DNA from: a candidate division WOR-3 bacterium
GTDB taxonomy: Bacteria; Hydrothermota; Tepidihabitantia; Tepidihabitantales; Tepidihabitantaceae
Direction: 5' to 3'
NCBI GenBank assembly: GCA_965649205.1
Contig: CBFGJV010000010.1
Span: 11,653 to 23,753 of the forward strand
Length of the DNA stretch: 12,101 nt
Part shown: positions 1 to 7,878 of the stretch, one piece after another
How positions within the stretch are numbered: position 1 is the stretch's first letter
How the letters are laid out: the number at the start of each line of letters is the position of its first letter
The notes under the pieces: model-generated
The model's input: only the letters and a program-made list of their open reading frames with translations
The model's database searches: none
What the model was told of the DNA's origin: nothing
Program-made: the position numbers and the translations under genes

Positions 1-86
1 GCCTCGGCCAGCTTGCGGCATATCTCCCGCCCGATACCTGCCCCACCGCCTGTGACGACTGCTACTTTTCCTGCTAGTTCAACCAC
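1..86 (-). CDS. Short-chain dehydrogenase/reductase (FabG-like), 5' part only; runs off the left edge
   Basis: Not in the ORF track. Manual translation from GTG at 86 gives MVELAGKVAVVTGGGAGIGREICRKLAE, which contains the classical SDR TGxxxGIG Rossmann motif. SD AGGAG lies at 97-93, 6 nt upstream. Confidence 0.88.
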   Translation of the reverse strand, partial: MVELAGKVAVVTGGGAGIGREICRKLAE

Positions 87-104
87 ATCTATCTCCTGTC
101 GGCG

Positions 105-491
105 TCATGTCCCGCCTTTATCGTTTGAAGAAACTTGAGGAACCGACCCGTCGGTACTCATTACACAACTGCCCTGAAAAAAACTCCCTCTCTGCACAAC
201 CAAGAATTTGCACTCTATGTTGCCTATAACCCGGGCCCCTGCTTGTAGCTCAACTCCTTCTTTCGCATGGATATTGCCTTCTACCTGGCCCGCGATTACC
301 GCATCGCGGCAATAAAGTTCTCCTTTGAGGTACGACTTGGGACCGGCCAGAAAACCGCCGTCCAGATCCAATTTGCCCTCCAGTTGTCCGTCCAGCCGCA
401 TACCTCCGCTAATGCGGAAGTCGCCCTTGACTGCGCTTCCTGGACCTATGACCGTATCAAGTTTGCTGTCCTGCTGTTTTCCGCCAAACAT
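105..491 (-). CDS. Bactofilin (polymer-forming cytoskeletal protein, CcmA family)
   Basis: 128 aa with typical beta-helical repeats: TVIGPGSAVKGDF..GGMRLDGQLEGKL..VIAGQVEGNIHA..VELQAGARVIGNI..LVVQRGSFFQGSCVM. Confidence 0.9.
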   Translation of the reverse strand: MFGGKQQDSKLDTVIGPGSAVKGDFRISGGMRLDGQLEGKLDLDGGFLAGPKSYLKGELYCRDAVIAGQVEGNIHAKEGVELQAGARVIGNIECKFLVVQRGSFFQGSCVMSTDGSVPQVSSNDKGGT

Positions 492-498
492 TCACGCT

Positions 499-526
499 AG
501 TATAAAATACACGCCAATCCTGTCAA
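499..526 (-). promoter_or_regulatory. sigma70-type promoter of bactofilin: TTGACA-N16-TATACT
   Basis: -35 TTGACA at 526-521 (contains the pdp stop codon TGA), -10 TATACT at 504-499. ATG is 7 nt downstream and there is no SD. Confidence 0.75.
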
Positions 527-1842
527 ACATCTGCCGGTGAACCCAGTCGCGCCAAAACACGACCGGCGATGCGTGGCGCAGAACGAGCAATCGTGATACA
601 ACTGTCCAATCGACCGGCAATGGCATTTGCCTGCTCCTCGCTTGCAGCGTGAACCTCCGCCACCACGTCTCCTGACTCAACCCTATCTCCCACCTTACGC
701 TTGAAAACAAAACCTACCGCATGATCTACTTTGTCACCGATTTTCTTGCGCCCAGCACCCAGCTCTACTGCCAAAGTACCTACCATCAGGGCATCTATGG
801 CCCGTATGTAACCACTCTGTTTGGCTTTTACGCTCGCCACAGCGGCAGCGCGAGGAAGCAACGTGTAATCATCTATTATCCTTACATCACCCCCCTGCAA
901 CGGCACCAACTCCCGGAACTTCTCTAGCGCTTGACCCTGTGATAGCGCCCGGAACAGCATCCGACTAGCATGGGCGCGGCTTCGCGCCCGGCCCGCCAGC
1001 AAAAGGACCTCCTCACCTAGAGCAATGGTAATTTCTTCCAAATCCATAGGGCATCTGCCTTTCAGGGCTTCTATAGCCTCAATTACCTCCAGCGCATTTC
1101 CGACCGCCTGACCCAGCGGTTCCCACATCGCGGTTATTAGAGCGGTCACCTTCTTGCCCATTCTGCTCCCGATGCGCATCATCGTACGGGCCAGATTTCG
1201 CGCCTGCGACATGGTAGCTGCGAACGCGCCCGTACCCGTTTTCACATCCAGCACCAGACCGTCGATTCCCTCGGCCAGTTTCTTAGACATTATGCTAGCA
1301 GCAATTAAGGGTACTGAATCCACGGTAGCGGTCACATCCCGTAGAGCGTACATTTTCCTGTCTGCCGGACACATCTCTTGAGTCTGGCCAATTATGCAAA
1401 GACCACACTTCTCCAAGTTGGAAAGAAACTCTTCGTACTTCAAGTCAGTCCTAAAGCCAGGGATAGACTCCAGCTTATCCAGCGTACCGCCCGTATGCCC
1501 CAGCCCTCTCCCTGAGACCATCGGCACACACACACCACAAGCAGCAACCAGAGGTGCCAGAACTAACGAAACCTTGTCACCTACCCCACCGGTGGAATGT
1601 TTGTCCACCTTGGGAAGAGCAATACGCGACAAGTCAAACACCTGCCCGGACTTCATCATTGCCAAGGTGAGAGCTGTTGTCTCCTCTGCGTTCAAGCCGC
1701 GAAAATAGACCGCCATCAGCCAGGCTGCCATCTGATACTCTGGTACATCCCCTCGTACGTAACCTGTCACCAATGACTCTATCTCTTCACGGGTAAGAAC
1801 ACCCCGATTGCGCTTGCGTCGGATAAGCTCGTACACGTTCAT
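523..1842 (-). CDS. pdp: Pyrimidine-nucleoside (thymidine) phosphorylase
   Basis: 439 aa with family motifs VDKHSTGGVGDK, SGRGLGHTGGTLDKLESIPG, LRDVTATV, SIMSKKLAEG..LVLDVKTGTGAF and LGAGR. Confidence 0.95.
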   Translation of the reverse strand: MNVYELIRRKRNRGVLTREEIESLVTGYVRGDVPEYQMAAWLMAVYFRGLNAEETTALTLAMMKSGQVFDLSRIALPKVDKHSTGGVGDKVSLVLAPLVAACGVCVPMVSGRGLGHTGGTLDKLESIPGFRTDLKYEEFLSNLEKCGLCIIGQTQEMCPADRKMYALRDVTATVDSVPLIAASIMSKKLAEGIDGLVLDVKTGTGAFAATMSQARNLARTMMRIGSRMGKKVTALITAMWEPLGQAVGNALEVIEAIEALKGRCPMDLEEITIALGEEVLLLAGRARSRAHASRMLFRALSQGQALEKFRELVPLQGGDVRIIDDYTLLPRAAAVASVKAKQSGYIRAIDALMVGTLAVELGAGRKKIGDKVDHAVGFVFKRKVGDRVESGDVVAEVHAASEEQANAIAGRLDSCITIARSAPRIAGRVLARLGSPADV

Positions 1843-1854
1843 GATGAATGCCGC

Positions 1855-1882
1855 ATCATAATTTTGCTTAATCGTTTGTCAA
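1855..1882 (-). promoter_or_regulatory. sigma70-type promoter of pdp: TTGACA-N16-TATGAT
   Basis: -35 at 1882-1877, -10 at 1860-1855. ATG is 12 nt downstream with no SD in between (GCGGCATTCATC). Confidence 0.72.
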
Positions 1883-1919
1883 ACGGTTAGATCTTTCGCA
1901 ATCAGCCAAGCGTCCATTC

Positions 1920-2609
1920 TCACCAAGGCCACATGCCCCCGAGAAAAGGATTGACAAGCAACGCTCTACCCATAGTTCCAGATTCTCCGTGTCCCGGGTA
2001 CAATACGGTTTCTCTATCCAACAGTGACTGCAAGCGCTGGAGCGAGTGTTTCATCTGTCGTTCGGACCCACCGGGGAAATCTGTGCGGCCAATGGAATCA
2101 AGAAACAGCGTATCACCGGCAAATGCGTATCCATCGCCTAGAAGCGTGATACTTCCTGGCGTGTGGCCTGGTGTGTGTATGACCTGTAATCTCTCATTAC
2201 CTACAAACAGTTCGTCTCCCTCCCGCAGCAGCACGTCTGGCTTTAGGGACTCAAGTCCCTGGCCCACCAGCACCGCCAGACTTGCCTCTGGACGTTCCAG
2301 CATAACAGCGTCCAGCTCGCCAATGGCCAGCTGGGCGCCTGTGGCTTGAAGAATTTCTCTGTTCGCGGAAACATGGTCAACGTGTCCGTGGGTATTTATC
2401 ACGTACTTCACTACAGGTCTGTCATCCTCGTCCAGACCACTGTACTTACCTAAACTCCCATCAGCGACTGCAAATTGCTCTATTCTCGCGAGAATGGTCT
2501 CTGGGTCTCCTCCAGGATCAATTACTGCCAATTCGTTGGCAGAAGCCAGAATGTAACAGTTTGTTTCCAGAGGTCCTACAACTAGACGGTCTATCTTGAC
2601 GTCAGACAT
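1920..2609 (-). CDS. MBL-fold metallo-hydrolase (glyoxalase II / YcbL-like)
   Basis: TNCY, IDPGG, THGHVDH (HxHxDH), HTPGHTPGS, FAGDTLF..GRTD and YPGHG motifs. SD TAAGGAGG at 2627-2620. Confidence 0.92.
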   Translation of the reverse strand: MSDVKIDRLVVGPLETNCYILASANELAVIDPGGDPETILARIEQFAVADGSLGKYSGLDEDDRPVVKYVINTHGHVDHVSANREILQATGAQLAIGELDAVMLERPEASLAVLVGQGLESLKPDVLLREGDELFVGNERLQVIHTPGHTPGSITLLGDGYAFAGDTLFLDSIGRTDFPGGSERQMKHSLQRLQSLLDRETVLYPGHGESGTMGRALLVNPFLGGMWPW

Positions 2610-3147
2610 TGAAACAAAACCTCCTTACCGGACGATATGAGCATCCGCCCACAGAGTCCATGCCAGCCAGCTTGAATACGCTGCCTTGCTTAACTATTTT
2701 CCAACCCTCAGCCTTGAGCAAAGCGGCTTTTCTTGCTAGACCACCACTATATCCGACAAGTCTCCCGTACTTGCCTACGACCCGATGGCATGGTACAACC
2801 AACGGAAACGGATTTCTAGCCAAGGCAATACCAACAGCCCTGGCCGCTCCAACCTTCCCCATAGCTTCGGCTAACTCCCCATAGGTCATGACGGTACGCG
2901 GCAATATCTGCTGGCACAACACCAACACAGAACGCATAAAATCCGTCAGTCCGGAGAAATCAGGGCGCAACCGAGGTGGAACAGGCGCCCCGCCGAGCAC
3001 AGCCAACAGTTGCTTGGTTAACATCTTATCAGTGCGCTCAGCTGTAATGCCTGAAGCAAACTCAATCTTTGTCAGCCTTTCCCTCCGCCAAGTTACAATA
3101 ACCAACCCACAAGGCAAATGTGCGGCTCTGATTTCCAGGCAATTCAT
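2602..3147 (-). CDS. ogt: Methylated-DNA--protein-cysteine S-methyltransferase
   Basis: TYGELA..AARAVG.A..RNP..LVVPCHRVV..GYSGG..K..LL.AEG with active-site PCHR. Start codon uncertain. Overlaps the MBL gene by 8 nt. Confidence 0.9.
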   Translation of the reverse strand: MNCLEIRAAHLPCGLVIVTWRRERLTKIEFASGITAERTDKMLTKQLLAVLGGAPVPPRLRPDFSGLTDFMRSVLVLCQQILPRTVMTYGELAEAMGKVGAARAVGIALARNPFPLVVPCHRVVGKYGRLVGYSGGLARKAALLKAEGWKIVKQGSVFKLAGMDSVGGCSYRPVRRFCFNV

Positions 3148-3199
3148 TCCGCTAACTGTCCGTCTTACAAAGACTAAATACTAATTCCCAGATTTTTCC

Positions 3200-3685
3200 T
3201 CATTTTGTTGTGTACATCACCGTTATCAGGGTTTTGGAATCATCTGTTGATACGGTCACGCTGCACCCCTTTCCTTCACCTTCCGCACCATAACTGAGAG
3301 TAGTGCCATCGGCAGTTTCAAGAACCGCTATCTGTTTCCATCCCGCAGATTGCAGACTGGACTTGTACCAGGCGACGACCGAAGGCCTGGCGTCCGCGGT
3401 CTCCAAAGAAAAAGCAGTACCTGTGCCCTGCTCTCCAGAGATGCTCCAGCGCGCAGTAGCCTTAGCCTGCGGATACTTGAGGAAATCTGGTAGGCCGGAA
3501 AGGTCTATGTTTTCGGAAACGTCTATATTCACCTTCCCCCCACTTGCTTTTTCTACAGCTGTTTCTAACGCCTTCTCAGTCGCTTGTCTAGCCGCCTTCT
3601 CACCACACTTTGCGCAGGCAGGCGCGAGCACAACAAACAGACCGGACACAACAGACAGACTAACAGCAGCTCTGATTATCTTCAT
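3200..3685 (-). CDS. Hypothetical exported protein, probable lipoprotein (161 aa)
   Basis: Start moved from 3709 to ATG 3685, which has a strong SD (AAAGGAGG, 3699-3692). N-terminus MKIIR is followed by a hydrophobic stretch and LAPA-C24 (second Cys at 27). The mature part has an alpha/beta pattern (VVAWYKSSLQSAGW) reminiscent of uncharacterised lipoproteins. Confidence 0.75.
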   Translation of the reverse strand: MKIIRAAVSLSVVSGLFVVLAPACAKCGEKAARQATEKALETAVEKASGGKVNIDVSENIDLSGLPDFLKYPQAKATARWSISGEQGTGTAFSLETADARPSVVAWYKSSLQSAGWKQIAVLETADGTTLSYGAEGEGKGCSVTVSTDDSKTLITVMYTTK

Positions 3686-3709
3686 CAGGAACCTCCTTTG
3701 GTCTGCCAT

Positions 3710-3737
3710 AGAGTAACTAACTTTCGCTAGAGGTCAA
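3710..3737 (-). promoter_or_regulatory. sigma70-type promoter of the leftward block: TTGACC-N16-TACTCT
   Basis: -35 at 3737-3732, -10 at 3715-3710, 24 nt upstream of the SD-led ATG at 3685. Confidence 0.6.
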
Positions 3738-3815
3738 GGATCAGCAGAATGAACATTACTCCAGCCTCGAAAACCACTCGCCAAGGCACCGGCTCCTGCT
3801 TCTGCTTCCACATGC

Positions 3816-3837
3816 AATAATACTTATGAGTATTATT
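3816..3837. promoter_or_regulatory. AT-rich palindrome, candidate transcription-factor operator
   Basis: AATAATACT-TATG-AGTATTATT: perfect 9-bp inverted arms with a 4-nt spacer, inside the divergent intergenic region. Function is inferred. Confidence 0.55.
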
Positions 3838-3906
3838 TTCGGTCGGCCCACTTCCTCAACTAACTATTTGCTGCTCAACCTGTTACAAACAATAGCCCAT
3901 CTCCTC

Positions 3907-4062
3907 CTCCCCAGCTCCCCTAGCAGCTCTCTGAGTGGTTCTCTAAGTTGCTTGCTGGGCCGCTTTATCCGTCACTCGCCTCGCCGCTCTCCGCCCCGTA
4001 GCCGAGGCTGTCACCTGGACTGACCGGCCAGCCGCGCACTCGGCAACTCTGTCGGTGACTGA
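3907..4062. repeat. Highly degenerate 12-bp-period tandem array (~13 units; consensus roughly CYN-NGY-NGY-TYN)
   Basis: In-phase units: ctccccagctcc, cctagcagctct, ctgagtggttct, ctaagttgcttg, ctgggccgcttt, atccgtcactcg, cctcgccgctct, ccgccccgtagc, cgaggctgtcac, ctggactgaccg, gccagccgcgca, ctcggcaactct, gtcggtgactga. Confidence 0.5.
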
Positions 4063-4294
4063 ACCCACGATCAGGCTATTTCCTCCCCAAGCGAGGGTCT
4101 AAGTCAAGGGCTGGAGAATCCGGCTCCCTCCCCAGCGAACAAATTCCCGGTCCGCTGACAGAACCACCGAAGGGACAGCTGGGTAAGCATCTCGCTGGTT
4201 TGCCTGGTCTGAACTATTGGACGGCTCAACATTCGCCTGCCATATCGGCTGCCATCAGAGTGCGTATGCCCCAATGGCCAATCTGCCACCTGTC

Positions 4295-4322
4295 TTGACC
4301 CACCCCCGACCGATTCTATACT
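4295..4322 (+). promoter_or_regulatory. sigma70-type promoter of uvrA: TTGACC-N16-TATACT
   Basis: -35 at 4295-4300, -10 at 4317-4322. ATG is 12 nt downstream across pyrimidine-rich TCCTTAGCCTCT with no SD. Confidence 0.72.
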
Positions 4323-4334
4323 TCCTTAGCCTCT

Positions 4335-7304
4335 ATGCAGGATGAATACATACACATAAAGGGAGCGCGGGAACACAATCTCAAAAACATCACCCTTGAC
4401 ATCCCCCGCAACAAATTCGTAGTCATAACAGGTATTTCCGGCTCTGGAAAATCCTCGCTGGCCTTTGATACCATCTACGCCGAAGGCCAGCGCCGTTACA
4501 TAGAATCTCTCTCCGCCTACGCCCGTCAGTTTCTCGGCATGCTGGAAAAACCGGACTGCGATCAGATTACCGGCTTGCCGCCGGCAATAGCCATAGAACA
4601 ACGTTCCTCAGCGCACAACCCCCGTTCTACCGTGGGGACGATAACCGAAATATACGACTACCTGCGACTGCTGTTTGCCCGCATCGGCCGACCCCACTGT
4701 CCTCACTGCAAGCGCGCCATAACTTCTCAGAGCGTTGACCAGATAGTAGATACGCTCCTGAGCGAGTCTCCGGAAAGCAGACTGATTATCCTCGCTCCGC
4801 TGGTTCGCGGCAGAAAAGGTGAGTTTCAAGAACTGCTGGAGAAAGCCAAGAGGCGTGGCTACCTACGTGTCCGGGTAGATGGAGAATTCTATGAAATAGA
4901 CCAGGTGCCGAAACTTCATCGATACAAGAAACACAACCTGGAGCTGGTAATAGACCGCCTCAGTCCCCAGCCCGAAAAACGGGGGCGTTTGGCTGATTCC
5001 GTGGAGCTCGCTTTGCGGGAAGGCAACGGTATTTGTATTGTGAACGTCGCCCGACCCGACGACGGTACCGGTTCGGAATCATTTGACAGACTCTTCTCCG
5101 AAAAATTCAGCTGTCCTGATTGCGGTTTCAGTCTGGAGGAGATAACGCCACGACTTTTTTCCTTCAACTCGCCCTATGGCGCCTGCCCTACCTGTCACGG
5201 ACTAGGTACTAGAATGGAATTAGACCCGGACCGACTGATCACCGACCCTAGCCTTTCCATTCTGGACGGAGCTTTGGCTCCGTGGGGAGAGGCACGTGAA
5301 CGTGGCGAGTGGCTGAATGCCAAGCTCCGGGCCCTTGCTGCCAAACATAAGTTCAAACTGACCACACCTTGGCAGGAGCTACCCGCACGTATCAAAAAAA
5401 TCATTCTCTACGGCTCGGATGAAGAAATGACTATCCGCTTTCAGGGCAAAGAGCACGACTGGGTGTGGGAATCCGCCTACGAAGGCATAGTACCTTACCT
5501 TATGCGTATCCACAAACAGACTGAATCGGAAGCCAGGCGGGAATGGGTAGAGAGTTTCATGTCCATCTTGCCCTGCCCGGACTGCGGCGGCACCCGTCTC
5601 AAACCCGAAGCCCTCGCCGTTCGTATAGGCCCTTACAACATTGCCCAGATAGCTTCTCTGTCGGTGAGAAAGGCTCTCGAATATCTTACGTCAGAACTGA
5701 ATCTGACTGAAAAAGAAAAAAACATTTCCCGCGACATCATCAGGGAGCTGGTTAGGCGATTGGAATTCCTCGAAAAAGTCGGGGTCGGATACCTGACTCT
5801 GGATCGGGCGTCTGAAACGTTGGGCGGCGGCGAAGCTCAGCGGGTGCGGCTTGCTACCCAGATAGGTTCCGGGCTGGTGGGCGTGTGTTACATCCTCGAC
5901 GAACCGTCCATCGGTCTGCACCAACGAGACAACCAGAAGTTGCTGGCCACCCTCTTGCAATTGCGCGACTTAGGTAACACCGTAATCGTAGTCGAACACG
6001 ACGAAGAGACAATACTGTCTGCGGACCATGTCATAGACCTCGGTCCTCTTGCCGGCGAGAAGGGGGGGTACGTTGTGGCTCAGGGCACACCGCAGGAGAT
6101 CGCCCGCTGCGAAAACTCGCTTACGGGTGATTACCTTGCCGGACGCAGGAGTATTCCCCTGCCCTTAGCACGTCGGCAGCCTTCCCAAGGTTGGCTGGAA
6201 GTAATCGGTTGCCGGGAAAACAACCTGAGGAACATAACCGTTCGATTCCCTTTGGGCCTTTTTGTATGTGTCACCGGCGTTTCCGGTTCAGGCAAGAGCA
6301 CTCTGGTGTCAGACATACTGCATCGGGCGCTTGCCCGTCATTTCTATGGATCACGCGAAAAGCCAGGAGCACACGATCGCATTCTGGGGCTGGAAAAGAT
6401 CGACAAGGTCGTCAATATCGACCAGTCGCCCATAGGACGCACCCCCCGTTCCAATCCTGCCACCTATACCGGTGCCTTCTCGCCAATACGGGAAGTATTT
6501 GCCCGCAGTAAAGAAGCAAGGATGCGCGGCTACAAACCCGGCCGTTTTTCCTTCAATCTACGAGGAGGCAGATGTGAGGCTTGCGGCGGAGACGGAATCA
6601 CAAAGGTCGAGATGCACTTCTTGCCTGATGTTTATGTAACCTGCGATGTATGCAAAGGCAGCCGCTACAACCGCGAAACTTTGGAAGTACGCTACAAAGG
6701 CAAGAACATCAGCGATGTACTGAATATGACCGTGGACGAGGCAGCGGACTTCTTTGCCAATCTGCCCCTCATTCGTCGCCGTTTATCGCTGCTGCAGGCC
6801 GTAGGCCTGGGCTACATAAAACTTGGTCAGCCCGCCCCCACTCTGTCTGGCGGCGAGGCGCAACGGATAAAATTGGCCAGGGAGCTGTCCAAGGTCGCCA
6901 CAGGCCGCACTCTGTACCTCCTGGATGAGCCTACGACCGGGCTGCACTTTGAAGATGTTCGTCTGCTTCTGCAGGTATTGAACCGGCTCGTGGAAAGGGG
7001 GAATACTGTTGTGGTTATCGAACACAACCTGGACGTCATCAAGTGCGCAGACTGGGTGATAGACCTAGGCCCGGAGGGTGGCGAGGACGGCGGTACAGTC
7101 ATTGTTGCAGGACCTCCGGAAGACGTTGCCGCCTGCCCGAATTCCCACACCGGCCGCTTTCTACGAAAACTGCTCCAGCGAAAAGAGCCTTCTCCAGTCG
7201 TGATCAGCTCCAGCTCCTCCCGGTCTTGGAGCAAAGTCACTGACGAATCTGCAGAATTTGCTTTTAACTTGTCTCCGACAACAGACGAGAAAAGACAGGG
7301 CTGA
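4335..7304 (+). CDS. uvrA: Excinuclease ABC subunit A
   Basis: 989 aa. GAREHNLKN, two Walker A motifs ([16 protein letters not shown]), [19 protein letters not shown], Zn-binding CxxC pairs, LDEPSIGLH and [29 protein letters not shown]. Confidence 0.98.
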   Translation: MQDEYIHIKGAREHNLKNITLDIPRNKFVVITGISGSGKSSLAFDTIYAEGQRRYIESLSAYARQFLGMLEKPDCDQITGLPPAIAIEQRSSAHNPRSTVGTITEIYDYLRLLFARIGRPHCPHCKRAITSQSVDQIVDTLLSESPESRLIILAPLVRGRKGEFQELLEKAKRRGYLRVRVDGEFYEIDQVPKLHRYKKHNLELVIDRLSPQPEKRGRLADSVELALREGNGICIVNVARPDDGTGSESFDRLFSEKFSCPDCGFSLEEITPRLFSFNSPYGACPTCHGLGTRMELDPDRLITDPSLSILDGALAPWGEARERGEWLNAKLRALAAKHKFKLTTPWQELPARIKKIILYGSDEEMTIRFQGKEHDWVWESAYEGIVPYLMRIHKQTESEARREWVESFMSILPCPDCGGTRLKPEALAVRIGPYNIAQIASLSVRKALEYLTSELNLTEKEKNISRDIIRELVRRLEFLEKVGVGYLTLDRASETLGGGEAQRVRLATQIGSGLVGVCYILDEPSIGLHQRDNQKLLATLLQLRDLGNTVIVVEHDEETILSADHVIDLGPLAGEKGGYVVAQGTPQEIARCENSLTGDYLAGRRSIPLPLARRQPSQGWLEVIGCRENNLRNITVRFPLGLFVCVTGVSGSGKSTLVSDILHRALARHFYGSREKPGAHDRILGLEKIDKVVNIDQSPIGRTPRSNPATYTGAFSPIREVFARSKEARMRGYKPGRFSFNLRGGRCEACGGDGITKVEMHFLPDVYVTCDVCKGSRYNRETLEVRYKGKNISDVLNMTVDEAADFFANLPLIRRRLSLLQAVGLGYIKLGQPAPTLSGGEAQRIKLARELSKVATGRTLYLLDEPTTGLHFEDVRLLLQVLNRLVERGNTVVVIEHNLDVIKCADWVIDLGPEGGEDGGTVIVAGPPEDVAACPNSHTGRFLRKLLQRKEPSPVVISSSSSRSWSKVTDESAEFAFNLSPTTDEKRQG

Positions 7305-7335
7305 GCCCGGGATAACCTTGGAAATACCCGGCCGC

Positions 7336-7363
7336 TTGCGCATCAGCCTATCCGTCGTATAAT
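7336..7363 (+). promoter_or_regulatory. sigma70-type promoter of the B12 operon: TTGCGC-N16-TATAAT
   Basis: -35 at 7336-7341, consensus -10 TATAAT at 7358-7363. Only 5 nt (CAGCC) separate it from the cobO ATG. Confidence 0.7.
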
Positions 7364-7368
7364 CAGCC

Positions 7369-7878
7369 ATGCTGCAGGTATATACTGGAGACGGTAAGGG
7401 AAAGACTACAGCCGCCTTCGGTCAGGCTCTGCGTGCCTGCGGCCACGGATGGCACGTAGCCGTCATTCAGTTCATGAAAGGTTCCCCGGATTACGGAGAA
7501 ATACAGGCTGCCAAACAGGTGAATGGCCTCGAGGTTTACCAATTCGGACAGCCCACCTTTGTGGAAAAGGGAAATCCGAGCGAACAGGACATTCTGGAAG
7601 CACAAAGGGGTATGGACGCAGCTCGCGCCGCCATAGCCTCGGGTAAGTACCAGATGATAGTACTGGACGAGATAAACGTGGCTGTAGACTATGGTTTAAT
7701 CCCGCTGGCCGAAGTTTTACACCTCATTGATTCCTGTCCGGCGGAACTGGAGCTGGTATTCACCGGCCGGGGAGCACGACCAGAAGTGCTGGAGCGTGCT
7801 GGACTAGTCAGCGAGATTCGCGAAATCAAACATCCCATCCACAAGGGCCTGGTGAATCGTGTGGGAATCGACCGCTGA
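7369..7878 (+). CDS. cobO: ATP:cob(I)alamin adenosyltransferase (CobA/CobO/BtuR family)
   Basis: VYTGDGKGKTTAAFG.ALRA.GHG, IQFMKG, VLDEIN.A, ELVFTGR, IKHP and a C-terminal GID. Confidence 0.93.
   Translation: MLQVYTGDGKGKTTAAFGQALRACGHGWHVAVIQFMKGSPDYGEIQAAKQVNGLEVYQFGQPTFVEKGNPSEQDILEAQRGMDAARAAIASGKYQMIVLDEINVAVDYGLIPLAEVLHLIDSCPAELELVFTGRGARPEVLERAGLVSEIREIKHPIHKGLVNRVGIDR

Noticed and set aside
3686..3709. ORF-track start (MADQRRFL) for the lipoprotein
   Set aside because: That ATG abuts the -10 box, so it would lie upstream of the TSS. The downstream ATG at 3685 has a strong SD.
3826..4023. 65-aa ORF (+) in the intergenic region
   Set aside because: Its ATG lies inside the palindrome, there is no SD or promoter, and the product is low-complexity Ser/Leu/Arg derived from the 12-bp array. 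The periodicity continues past its stop.
4104..4289. 61-aa ORF (-) upstream of uvrA
   Set aside because: No recognisable motif or SD, and no supporting promoter.
3740..4294. Possible cobalamin riboswitch, tRNA, SRP/6S RNA or CRISPR array in the long intergenic region
   Set aside because: No B12-box or other diagnostic motif was recognised on either strand, and there are no identical repeats with spacers. An Infernal/Rfam scan would be needed to exclude a divergent ncRNA.
7305..7333. Weak inverted repeat (CCGGG...CCCGG) after uvrA as a terminator
   Set aside because: Short stem, long loop and no U-tract.
7859..7878. cobO/meaB overlap as a programmed frameshift or broken fusion
   Set aside because: CobO ends at the normal family terminus (GIDx-stop) and no slippery sequence is present. 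A simple overlap with an uncertain meaB start explains it.
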